NCBI GenBank assembly: GCA_051362555.1
Contig: CM120640.1
Coordinates: 38,604,788 to 38,668,787 of the forward strand
Length of the DNA: 64,000 nt
From: Lingula anatina
Taxonomy: Eukaryota; Animalia; Brachiopoda
Reading direction: 5' to 3'
The position numbers were made by a program, and so were the translations under genes. Within the stretch, counting starts at the first letter, position 1. Each line of letters begins with the position of its first letter. Under the pieces are notes generated by a model that worked only from the letters and a program-made list of their open reading frames with translations, was not told the DNA's origin and made no database searches. Below, in pieces: positions 1-12,099 of this stretch.

Positions 1-182
1 AAAACATTTTTTCTTTCAAAACCAATTATAAGCTTAAAATATCTTTAGTCATGAATTTAACTTGTCAATGAGGGTGGGTATTATAATGTGGAATAGATTT
101 ACAAAACTACTTAAAACTGGCAGCAAAAACCCTAGGTTTTAACTTAATATGCTGCAAATGCATGTGTTTTCTCCACTTTCAG

Positions 183-3100
183 AAAACATCACAATACACA
201 AGTACTAAAACATGCCTTTGCAGAGTGGTATGAATTATGGTGGGTTGCAAGGAAAGAGTGGAGGCTGCAGGTCAGGGCAGAATGTCATAACAGGTACATT
301 ATATATTGAAATGATTTTCTTTTGGGTGATATTTTAGAACTATGAAATACAAACAAAAAAATAAACATATATCGAACATTTACATAAAATACCAGTAGAA
401 TGTTGATGCTGTAAACTGATCATAGATAGCATATATTTAATATAGTAAAAGCAGATATAATACTTGTAAATTGATTTTATTTGCCTTCACTTACAGGTAC
501 CGTGTATGGAATGTAGTGTTTAAAGCATGGACAAGATACACTGTTCTTCAAAAGGTTAAGAATGCAAAGAAGGCAATGGCAGAGCGTCATGGTAAGACAG
601 TGTCCAAGTAAATTGAAGTAATTGTTGAATTTAAAAGAGTGAGAGATGAATTAGAGCAAATATGATAATTGTAGAAAAGTTCTCTCTTTTAATCTTATTT
701 TTTATTGATGGAATTTGTCTACCAGGTAATGTCAGAGTGCTGAGTAGAGCTTGGCAAGCCTGGAGGCTCTATATCAGGATCAGGAGAACTAAGAAAGGTT
801 TATCAACCAGAGCTAGAGCATTTGCCACTGAAAACTTATTGAGGTAATATAGATAATTTTTACTATTACCGTATTATATCTAACCAGCATGTTAGTTTAT
901 GTATATTTGATTAAATGAGATCATGTTACATGTTTACTACAACAAAAATACAACTTTGACGAGGTGATTGATTTATGAATTAATGTGTGATGGGGAATTA
1001 AAATACTTTATTATGTTATGTTTTAGATCCTGTTGGATACGCTGGGTGATGGCTTTTGACAAAAGACAAGAACAAAAGGATGTAGAAGTATTTGCACTGC
1101 AAATTTGGGCAGAAAAACTGCAAGCACAGGTGGGTTATATCCTATATCCTTGTGGAAGGTCATTTTTTAATTTACTTTTGTTACAGAAAAAATATATTTT
1201 GTGATACCTTTTAGATGTTAGAAATCATTTGATGAAATAAGGATGCTATGGTGAATTTATGTTTTTAAGATTTGATTTTTTGTCCTCCTTTTAACTTATA
1301 GTGTTGTTCAGAGGCTTTATTTTTATCAGAGTGAAAATTCTTCTTGTTATTCTGCATTACATTCCTTAAATGGCTGAAATTTAATAGCTATATTAAATTG
1401 CCTATATCAAATATTCTAGTGTTGGTTGAAGTGGAAAGCAGCATTCAAGGCTCGTCAGCAGGTGTATTTTAAGTCCAGGGTTGCAGAGAAACACAGAGAT
1501 GTCAGACTTCTTTCAAGGTGCTGGAAAGGATGGTTACTTCATGTTATTATCAGGAGGAGAAAGAAAACACAAAAAGGTGACAAACAACTTATTATATTTC
1601 TCTGTTATATATTCATGACTACAATAAAGGACAAAAATAGCAAAACATTAGTTTGGCACTAGCAGTGTATATTGCCTAATGTTATTGAAAAATAAAATAA
1701 ACTTCTTTTCCAAGTTTGCTGATCTATTGAACAGTATGTTGAAGAAAGAAAATCCAAAAAAGACAAAAATAAATGCGTTTGAAAGGATTGCATACTGCTT
1801 TAAATTACTATAGTTGTTTTCCTTTTTTTATGTTAATTGTAATTTTCAGAAAATAGAACAGAAGTAACTTTAAAGTAAGTTTAAAAACACAATATAAAGT
1901 AAACATATATTTTGTCATGTGTTTGCCAGATGTTGCCATGATGATGTACCAGAACAACTTAAAGCAGCGTCTCTTTAGAATCTGGTGTAAAAGATGTCAT
2001 GCTGCCAGACTTGTGGCTCAGGTACAGGAGAGGATTGAAATACTGGGAAACAGGGCCCGGGCTAGACGAATATTAGAACACTGGAAATTTTGTATCCTTT
2101 AAAAAAGTGAAATTTTGTAATATTTTGCATTAATTATTGAATAATTCAATATGAATGTTGTCAGTAAAAATTGAATTGGAATATTATTTTACATAGCTGC
2201 TTTTAAGTTTTTTAATATTTTTTATTTTGGTAACAGTTTTTGACAGAGTTTCTTGACCCTAAAAAGATATCAATTTAAGACACAAGAAGAAGGAAAAAGA
2301 GCAGCAAGCTGATGAGCACTATAGGAAACATTTAATGGTGAGCCAAACTTGTTGTTATTTGTGCGTTGTTATATTGAATTCACTTATCTAGACTAACAAG
2401 GTTTACTATGTACATTGTGCATTGTGTGTCCTATTTTGTATCCTGTTTTACATAAAAGGGAATGCTATTGTTTTAAGTGACATATTTATTGCTTGGTTCC
2501 AGTCTTCCTGTCTGTCAGCTCTACAGCTTAATGTCGTCCAGGAGAGACTTCAAATTATGAGGAAAAGAATGGCAGACCAGTGCTACAACCGGATGGTATG
2601 TTGATGTTTGCTTAAATAAGTAATTCATGATTTCAGATATGTAATGTAAGATTCCTTTACGCTGAATAGAAAAATTCAATCTCTGACAAGAAAAGCCTTT
2701 TGTTAATATATATCTATCTAATAATAGATTTCCATCCCTGATAAGAAAAGTTTTTGTCATGAGGTCTTTTTACGATTTTGCTCCTGGTCATGCCTATGAT
2801 TTTGGTCTAAACAAATATACATACTTAATGAATTTGTAGTAAATGCTCAACTTGATTTTCAGCTCTTGCAAAAAACCTGGAACAAATGGATAGCATGCTG
2901 TGATCAGAATGAAGAGCTCAAGTTGTATACAGTTAACAAAAAGGCCTGGACACAATACAAGTAAGCCTGGCAACAATACACATTATTTCATGTAAACTTT
3001 TTGGAAATGTCATATACCTGGCTGGAATTTTTGACAGACTACTTTTATTCAGTATCACCAGTGGACTGCAGTATTTTTTTTGCTGAACAGTGTAGACTTA

Positions 3101-4421
3101 TATTTTATTTTACAATTAATTAGTAGAAACTATGAATTTTTGAAATATTAGTGTATAAGTTCTGTCTACTGACAAATTTGATTTAACATGACATTTTGCT
3201 GTCTTGAGTTTGATTTATCGGCTATATACATCTATGTAGGATGACTCTATTGGGGACTAGTTTTGAGAAGTGGGTTAACTACAATATCTGGAGACAACAC
3301 AGAAAGGTAATTTCCATACTTATATTTAGGTGTTGATTGTCAGGTGATTGTTGTTAATTATTTTGAAAACTTATTATAGTGACAAAGCCCACAAAATAGC
3401 CAGCGTTACGAGCTTACAGTCCCCTATTATAGTTATACACAATTTTATTCAGTAGCTAAAATTTGGTGTTTTAATGAGGTTTCATGACACTTACTTTCCT
3501 CTAACACTTGTTTTACTACACATCTGTGAATTTCACAGATGTGTAGTAAAACAAGTGTCCTGTTTGTAAGTTCAATAAATAAAAAGTGTAGGCACACCAA
3601 TAACCTTCCCCTGATTTTACAATAAGCAAGCTTGGATGTTTCCTTTGATTAATGAGTTCAGCTTGCCAGTTGGTAATTTTAACTATGATGATTGTGTTCT
3701 GCATCTTATTGTTTTTAATGATAGGTTTTTTATTTGTAGGCTCAATATGCAAGGGCAGATGCTCACTACATCAACAGACTGATGCCTATGTGTGTCTTTA
3801 GATGGAGGCAATTTGTTCATTTAATGAAACAGAAGAGGGAAATGGAAAATGATGGAAATGAATTCAGAAGGTTAGTTAAAGTTCCATATTTTTTTTTGGT
3901 CAATTTGGCTATCTAAATAGTTATGATTCACTTAATAATGACAGAGCACTTTGGTCATATATGAGCAATTAATGTAGTTAAAAGTGGGATTTTACAGACA
4001 ATAAGGCAACTTCACTAATGTTATGCACTGATTTCAGAGAAAATCTCCTGGCTAGATTTTTCTATACATGGATGGAAAGATGCAAACAAAGCCAAGAAGT
4101 GAGACTTATGGAACGTATGGTAAGTGAAATATGATAAGAATGTAATTTATGAAGGCAAATTTTGAAGTGCATTGAAGGTAAACATTCTATTTTGGTATTT
4201 TATTCTTTTCAGGCCATTTTACATGACAATGAGATGAGAACACAGAGATTTTTACTGAAGTGGAGAAATGCTACTAAGGAGAGGCAGGTGGAGATGAAGA
4301 AAGAGGTACAAATATGCTCTGATTGCTTTAAATAGTTTTCTTATAGAGATAGGTAAAAATGGAAAATACTAAATACTTTGTGGATTTGCCACTGTGCATA
4401 TCAGATGCTTGGGTTTAATAG

Positions 4422-4491
<70 letters not shown>

Positions 4492-5299
4492 TAGAGAAAG
4501 ATGAGAGAAAGAGAGAATTCATTTACAAACTACGTTAGCCATTTATTTTCCAGGAAACTGCTAATGATCATTACCAGATAACCTTGATGAGCCAAGCGTT
4601 TGAAACATGGAAGACATTTGTAAAGGATTCTAGGAAAAGGTAAAGGAGTAAATACATGTACTCTGCATGTGATGAACTGTTGTTATAAGGATTTTACACT
4701 TTATTAAATTCAATTACGTAAAAAAATATCCATTTTGATCATTTTTTTTTTTAGGTTTTTGTGTAAAATACTGGTTATTAATCCCACTTCTAAAGGTGGA
4801 CTGTCTGTTTCAGCTATGAATCAGAGAAGAAGGCTGTGAGATACCATTATTTGAAGACCATGGGAGTGGCGTGGAAGGGCTGGAGGAAGGTTGGTTATAT
4901 TTCCATTAAAAAAGTGTCAAATATATTCTTTAGATTTTTTTTCCTTTGTTTTAAAAACCAAAAAGATGCAATTCAGAAAGTGTTAGTTCTTGATTTATTG
5001 TTAAGGAAACAAAATTCATAACTTTCAGATAGCAAAACAATTAAAATGAAATCTGTCATGGAGTTGGATTTTTTATTGTTATTTTAGTACATTGGCTATG
5101 AAAGAAGAAAGAAGACAAAGCTGCATCGGGCAGTTGTGTTTCACAATCAGAAAATTTGTGGCAAAGTCATAGGGCATTGGAAGGAGTACTGCAGACGTGC
5201 TGCAGTAATAAATGAAGAGGTAGAGAGGAGAGCACAGATACATGATAAAGAGTTACAAAGGTCAGTGAATGTAAGATGCAGTTGGTGATGTACAAAATG

Positions 5300-5347
<48 letters not shown>

Positions 5348-8300
5348 TTTGAAATAACATTCATTACAAAAACAGCAAAAATTACATTATGGAATCTAGA
5401 TCAATAAGTTAAAAGCAATTAAGAACATTAAGAACTACATGATGATTACAATTGTAACGAAAGTGGGTGAAAAGTTTGCCTTTATCTATTTTAGGAGGTG
5501 CCTGATACAGTGGCACAGGAATGCTGTAGAACAGAAACAAAACAAACAACAAGAAGCCAAAGCAGACAAGTTTCATGGACATATCGCTTTGAAAAAGGTA
5601 CTTTTTTATCAGCATCCAGACTACACATAAGTATCAGATCTGATTGTCTTATATAAAATAATGCTGTCTTATATAAAGAAAATAAAAGAAAAGGCCTGTG
5701 TTAGATATTAATGACATCATTTAATATTCTAGCTTATGTTATAGGTCTTCTCTGCTTGGAGAGAATATGCAAATGTTCATGCTTATGAACACAAGAAGAC
5801 TGCAGAGAAATTGCTGTCTGCTCAGCAACATCTTGGTAAAGGTAAGGTTATTCGTTGATTTATGGTATTAGATAAGTACAGAAGGTAAAACAGATATGAC
5901 CAAAATTGAAATTTTGTAAATAAAGCTATTATCCAACTTGTTTAGATTTGTTTGCATTAAGAAGTAACTTCTTAAAGATTGGACCAGAGAAGTATTGATT
6001 GTGACTATTTTGAAAGGTCTTTATTTTTTTTATATCATATATTTGATTTCATTCAGTGAAACTACACCAAATCCTAACTAGATGGTACCAGTTGAAGAAT
6101 GAAGCAGTGATACAGAGACTGAAGTTCCAGCAGGCTGTGGAGCACCATAACAATACACTAAGGATGAGGACTATGACTGTGTGGAAGAACTACACAGTCC
6201 TTTGTCAAAAAAAACTGGTACAGTGAATACTTTTTCTTTCTTTTCAGTCTTGTTTTATTTTGCAGAAAATGACCCATCTTTAACTAAAGCAGGCACAGAC
6301 AGTTAATCCTTTAAATTTGCTTTTATAGAAATTCACTTTGCTCAGGGAAAACACATAAGTACACACATACTCTGTTATTTATTTATATATATAATTTGGG
6401 CTACAAGCCTATTTCCCTCATCTCCATGGGTTTGACCTAGGGTTATCAATATTTCTCAAGTCCCCTCCTCTTGGTGGAGGGTAAATCTGATAAATCATTC
6501 GAAGTCCAATCTCATGTAGAGAGGATGTTTAATCTGAACAGAACTTGGATGTCCTGAAGCATTTCTTTATTTTAGAGTGTAATAATGATATTATGATTAA
6601 ATTATATTAAAGGATATGAAATGTCAAATTTTTTAAAGTATCACAACAATAAATGTTTATGGATTTTTATACCAGGGGTGAGCGCAAGGCTATGTATTCT
6701 TCCATTGATATCATTTGTTGTTTTATTGATACAAAATTTTAATATTTTTTTCAACAAAACATGCCCACATTGCTTGACCTTTCTAAAAAAACTTGTCATA
6801 AAATATTACTCATATATTCAAATCTCTGTATTCTTTTTATTTACTGTTTCAGCTCCTTCAGAAACAATGCATGTGGTTGTACACCACAAGGCTCACTGCC
6901 AAGTTCTTCCTCAGGTGGAGGGCTCAGTTTGCTGAGGCTCAGGAAGATCACACAAAAAACAACATGGCACTTTGGCAGTGGAGTTTTGTACTACAGAGAA
7001 AAGTAATTAACACATTTATGATCTATGCTATTAAATTCATTGTGTAGCGATTGGGTGATAACTTGATAAATGTAAAATTTGGTCACTTCATGGTTATTTC
7101 TCTTAGAAAAAACTCAGGTTAGTTCAGCAAAGAGAAAAAAGTCCCTGGGGTATTAAGATAGGCTCCATACCCTCTGCTCAATTCATCATTTGAAATGCTG
7201 AGATATATTGAATACTGGAACATATTTAGTAAAATTCACCAACTAAGTTACATTATTAGAGGGATTTTTATTTCTGATTCTAATTGGCCTGGATGACTCA
7301 AAACATTGAGATGTATTTTTACAGTATAGAGTTACATAGATAATATGCTGTGTAGCCCTAAAGAATGATTGATTTTAGTGGTTCTTTTGTATTCCAGGTG
7401 TTCCTGGCCTGGCAAACCTATACACATGAGAGGCAGAGAAAGAAGGCCAGGATTGAACTGGCCATGGAACAGCGCAGATTACGCCTCATCAGACAAGGGT
7501 GTGGTCAGTGGTTAAAAGTGGCCACAGAACTGAGTGAGGTCAGGTCCAAATTGGCTGCAGAGAGACAAGCACAGGTGAGTCATTTTGGTGTTTAGTGGAC
7601 AGGGATGAGGTCAGTGGTAGAAAGCTGCCATAGATGGGCAATGTCTAGTCTTAACTGACTACAGAGAAGCAAGTATAGACGAGCCTGTAAACTGAACACT
7701 TTGGGTATTACTTATATTCAATTCTAACCGAAATTCAAAAATACTGTTGGGAAGGAAATGTGAACACTTTGGGAAAAGTTTGTGATATATGTTGGACATA
7801 ACATTTGTACTGTCTTTCAAACAGTTTGGAAGTAATATCTAATCATCTTCCAGACTGCATACAATATCTATCAGCTGGTCCACAAGTGTGCCTTGCATTG
7901 GAGACAATGGACAATCAAACGCAAAGCAGCAAGACTGAAACGGGGAATAACAAGTGCCCCTATACCTGGGGGTGAATCTAGCACAGGCAGAAATGCTCCT
8001 GCTAGGCCTCTGGAAAAGCACAGAGGAGTCCCAGGTTCTAGCAGACCCACACAGAGTGTGGCTTCACCACTCAGGAGTTTGAACTTGCCTGGAGAACACC
8101 AGGCTGGAGTAAGGGCATTAGAGAGGTAAATTAATGTGCTGGAATGTCTTAGGTCATATGTTGTAGAAATTCTAAAATATATTGTTTCAGATGATGCTAA
8201 AACAGGTTTTATATATTTGGTTTGATAAAAGTAATCATAAAACAGTTCATATGCTCAAGACATAGAGGTTTTTATACATGCATGCTCCCATACAAATAAT

Positions 8301-10083
8301 ATATTTAACTGATATATTTTACTTATTTTATATTTTGTCTGCTATTTATTTGTTTTCCCCCTTCATTTTCACTTGTTCTAGTGCTCTTCTGGGACCCAAT
8401 GTGATAAGACCAAGCAGACCCAGGCCTAGAAGACCAGACTTCCTCAATGACTCACTGAAAAGAGATGGTTTATACCACCCTACACCACAAAAAGCAACAC
8501 TGCACACGAACAGCTCTCATCCAATGACTGAGCCAAGCATACAAATGGCTCTGAAAGGATTTTCTCCAGCCATGGCAGAAGATGAAGAGTCACAGCTACA
8601 GAATGTGCAACCAACTGTGCTAGCTTCTCAAGAACCAGTGGGGCAGCCCGGTATGATACCCAGGACAGATAAAGACAATGGGAAACCTGATGCAAACAAT
8701 ACAGGTGTCTCAAATATTATAGCAAAGGGCAGTAGGAATAATGCTTGTTCCACTGCAGATGCAGGGATAAAACCACAGATTCACCACCAGCCCTCCTTAC
8801 CAATGACATCTTCATCGGGACCAAAATTACAACAGAGAACAACAGCACACAAACCAAGTGATATTCTTATGACTCCTGCAATGTTCATGACAGCGTCAAG
8901 TGATGGCTCAGAACAAGCTTCACCACAAAGACCTGTGCTGCCATCTAGTAATTTAATGACGGAAGCATCTGTGCTGACACCTACAAAAAAAGGGGTGCAA
9001 ATACCTTTGACGCCTTCAACTTCCACGCCCAAGAAACATAGTGGAAAAGAAAATGGCAAAATGCTTTTGAAACCTGATGACTTTATTCAGTCACCTCCTG
9101 GGGCACATAAACTTAGTAAAGAACAAGAACTTACAGATATCAGAAACAAACTGCAGGAATACAATGATAAGAAAAAGAAATTGAGGTGAGGAATCTATCA
9201 TTTCTTTGGAATAAAAAAGTAAAAAATTTGGGCCTTAGCCATCTATGAATACTGATGGATCAAAGAATATGAATGTCTTCATATCACAGGCACCCATTCT
9301 TATAGATAATAGGTCAAGTCACGAGGTGATCCTCATGAAATTTGTTATCTATATCAATCATTTTTTTGTGTCCTAATGTGATAAAATTTTGAGAACAGAG
9401 GTAAAATCATCCAGTTGATGTTATTTTAAAAAATTTGCTCCCTACTGATTTTTAGGTTGTTAAGAGAGCAGGAGGGGCATTTAAGAGAGTGGCTTGAGGA
9501 GCAGCAGAGTGATGGTAAAAGTGTGGAGGAGGAGGATGAAGATGTAGACCAGGTGAAGGAGGAATTAGAAGAGGTAACTAAAAACTTCAACCATCTCTTT
9601 GACTGGGGTTTACAGTTACACACTGCAGTGTGAATACTCATTCTTTGCTATTCTTCCTACTAAAATAAAAATGTCAATTTTGAAATAGGTATTTAAAGAG
9701 ATTTGTGTCACATTTCCATTTAGTTATATAGGTTTACTTCTTAAGAATGAGCTGGATTGCAAATTTTATAACATATTGATATTTGTTCTTCTGCATATAT
9801 TTGTTTCACTTGTTTATAAATTCTTTTACCTCTACTGACAATGAAAATGTGATGTGTTTGAAATTTACTAACATTGAGTTTATTGGTTTTATTTCATGTC
9901 AGTAATAGAACATGTATTTTCTTTGATTTTTATAAAAGAATCTCAAGGTCTTTACCTTTTTTTCAGATTAGTAAAGAGATCTCAGAGTTTACGCTATGGT
10001 TACACAAAGAAAGGAATATTTGCCAGAGACTAAAAGAAAGAGCCAAGAACATTTTGGCAGAACTCCAACAGATAATCTCATGA
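183..10083 (+). CDS. SFI1: SFI1 centrin-binding centrosomal protein homolog, 5'-partial, 25 coding exons ending at TGA 10081-10083
   Basis: Exons: 183-293, 497-591, 726-843, 1027-1129, 1420-1576, 1930-2091, 2267-2337, 2503-2595, 2863-2960, 3240-3306, 3740-3870, 4038-4119, 4213-4305, 4554-4639, 4814-4889, 5088-5260, 5495-5597, 5745-5841, 6057-6217, 6853-7002, 7398-7574, 7854-8125, 8382-9185, 9456-9573, 9967-10083. All introns are GT..AG and every phase matches. The translation has the periodic A-x7-LL-x3-F/W-x2-W-K/R Sfi1-type repeat (e.g. AEKHRDVRLLSRCWKGW, ANDHYQITLMSQAFETWK). KEWRLQVRAECHNRY and ALWQWSFVLQRKVFLAWQTYTHERQRKKAR resemble vertebrate SFI1 as recalled. Confidence 0.9.
2092..2266 (+). 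other. U12-type (minor spliceosome) GT-AG intron in SFI1
   Basis: 5' site GTATCCTTT at 2092. Branch site TTTCTTGAC at 2249-2257, about 10 nt before the AG at 2265-2266. No polypyrimidine tract. Splicing restores the frame (HWKF-Y-INLRHKK). Confidence 0.88.
4423..4516. repeat. Compound microsatellite: (TG)~29 followed by an AG-rich run
   Basis: Perfect TG run 4423-4480, then imperfect AG repeats, in an SFI1 intron. Confidence 0.95.
5303..5344. repeat. (TA)n microsatellite
   Basis: About 21 uninterrupted AT/TA units in an SFI1 intron. Confidence 0.95.
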
Positions 10084-10208
10084 TTTGTCTGAAGACATTT
10101 TGAAAAGCTCTCAAAACATGGTGTTTTTGAAAAAAAATATTGGACAACTGCTTTTTTATTCTCTGTCTAGTCCAAGTTAAAACAATTAGAAACATAAGTT
10201 TTCATTTA

Positions 10209-10288
10209 ATTAAATGTAAAACATGCTGGTAGAGTACGTTTATCAACATCTGGGAATGGCTGGTAATAATAATGATAATAATAATAAA
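10209..10288 (+). terminator. Candidate SFI1 polyadenylation signals
   Basis: ATTAAA at 10209-10214 and AATAAA at 10283-10288, 125-200 nt after the stop codon. Confidence 0.45.
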
Positions 10289-10306
10289 ACATGAACGATC
10301 TTTATA

Positions 10307-10359
10307 GGCGTGGTTTGTCCGAATAACCGACCAATCACAAATGGCACAGAAAACGGAAG
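10307..10359. promoter_or_regulatory. Promoter-like motif cluster (GC-box-like, CCAAT, YY1-like, ETS)
   Basis: GGCGTGGT 10307, CCAAT 10331, AAATGGC 10339 and CGGAAG 10354 within about 55 bp, where CpG density rises sharply. Confidence 0.35.
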
Positions 10360-11920
10360 ACAGTAACTTGTACCTATTGTGGGCAACTACCGCAGGACTA
10401 GCATGGTGCAACCGCAAAACGGAGGCGTATCCATGGAGGTGGGGTAGTACTTCCGCGTACTGCACCAGATGCATAAGATTTGCTTTGATATGCATGGGTT
10501 AATGTTACAAGTTTTATACGTTTTACAGCCCCATAAATCAGTTCAAATTAATTTTTTAGACTTTTTATGAGAGAGAATTCTCTGAACAGTTTGAAACAGC
10601 GAGGCGCTTTTTTTCAGACGGGTGACGCACAGGATTTTCAGATGTCTTTGGCAACAGATTGGAAGAAGCTAAGCGCTTCACCATGAACTTTTTTATGCTC
10701 AAAGAATAAAATGTTACAAAAAAGGAAATGTTACAAAATAATTGAAATTGTTTCAGTCTGTCATTAACCGAATGTTAATGGGAATGTCACCTCTGTCCAG
10801 ACCTGTCATAACGGCACTGATTGTGTTAGTTGAGACACAACACAATTCGTCACAGTCACGGGATGAGTCATGATTGCAGTCCCTAACCTTTACCAGTATA
10901 AAAACTTTCCCCATACTAGTATAGTATTCGAGTAACACCTTTTTAAGTTAAATTCTGACAGTTGAACAGGTATGAGTGAAGGTTGGTTGCCTCTTGGCCC
11001 TTCGTGTGTGTTTGCCTCGGACAGAGAGGAAATCAGCATGACGAAGATAAGACGGCGACACAGATCGATAGAAGAGCTGCACTAGACGTGGAGACCTGCC
11101 AAAAGCTGGGGGAGTTAATCTTCTGTAACACTCCAGTCTGTCTAGATATTTCCATTGAAGCGATCATTATACCATCGCATGCCTTTTCACTACTTATGAG
11201 GCCGAAAACGTATAAGATATTTAAGAAATGAAAACTTTCAAGATAATAGAGAGTAAGAGAGAAAACACGGTAAAAACAAAAGAGCTAACGAACAATGGCA
11301 TAAACAAGGTTGTAGATTTTTTATTTAATTTCTACTTTATTTTTTTGTTAATTTTTGACGGGTGTAAACATTGATTCTGGTGAATGTTGACCCGGTCAAA
11401 GCATGCTGTAATTTTTTTTACATGGCTGGGTAGAACACGTCCCGCGCCTGGCTTCGCCATGACCCTTTATGACACGTACGTGCTGACAACAAACCTTTAG
11501 GTAATCATCACTTCAAAGATGAACATTGCATTAGGCATTTGATTTCATTTGATCAAAAAATAGATCACGGTTTGATGGCAGAGAAATGCGTTATCTCACA
11601 CAAACGTCATCCAACATGGTGTTTATTATTACTCATTGAACTCTGAAAAAGGGAGAAAATTCCTCTTACACAAATATCAAACATTTTGTTTCTAATACAG
11701 AAATTTCGTCTTTGTAGACCTCTAAAATGAATCGTTATAAAGCATATGCTATCTAATTCTCGTAGACCCCTCCCCCTTCAAAGAGTTGACAATGAAGCAG
11801 TGAAATTTTATATATAAGATAATAGCCAAAAGAGAAACTATAAGATAAAAGCTAAAACAAAAACTAAACAAAAAAACTTTTCCTTTTCACCCACGCTTTA
11901 CTTTAATGCCATCAAATTTC

Positions 11921-12099
11921 ATTTCTCCTTGTTGAACTCAGATAGAGTCAAGAAACATTTTTACTCACACTCGTCAAATCTACAAGTAGTTCTTCGCAGT
12001 TTATTTCTGCCCGTTGAACTCTGGAAGAGTCGAGAAATATTTTCACTCACACTCATCAACTCTAGTCCTCAAAGTTTATTTCTCCTCGTTGAACCCTGC
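11921..12099. repeat. Degenerate tandem repeat, ~75-82 bp unit, ~2.3 copies
   Basis: Units start ATTTCT....GTTGAAC at 11921, 12003 and 12078. The two full units share AGAGTC.AGAAA.ATTTT.ACTCACACTC.TCAA. Confidence 0.8.
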
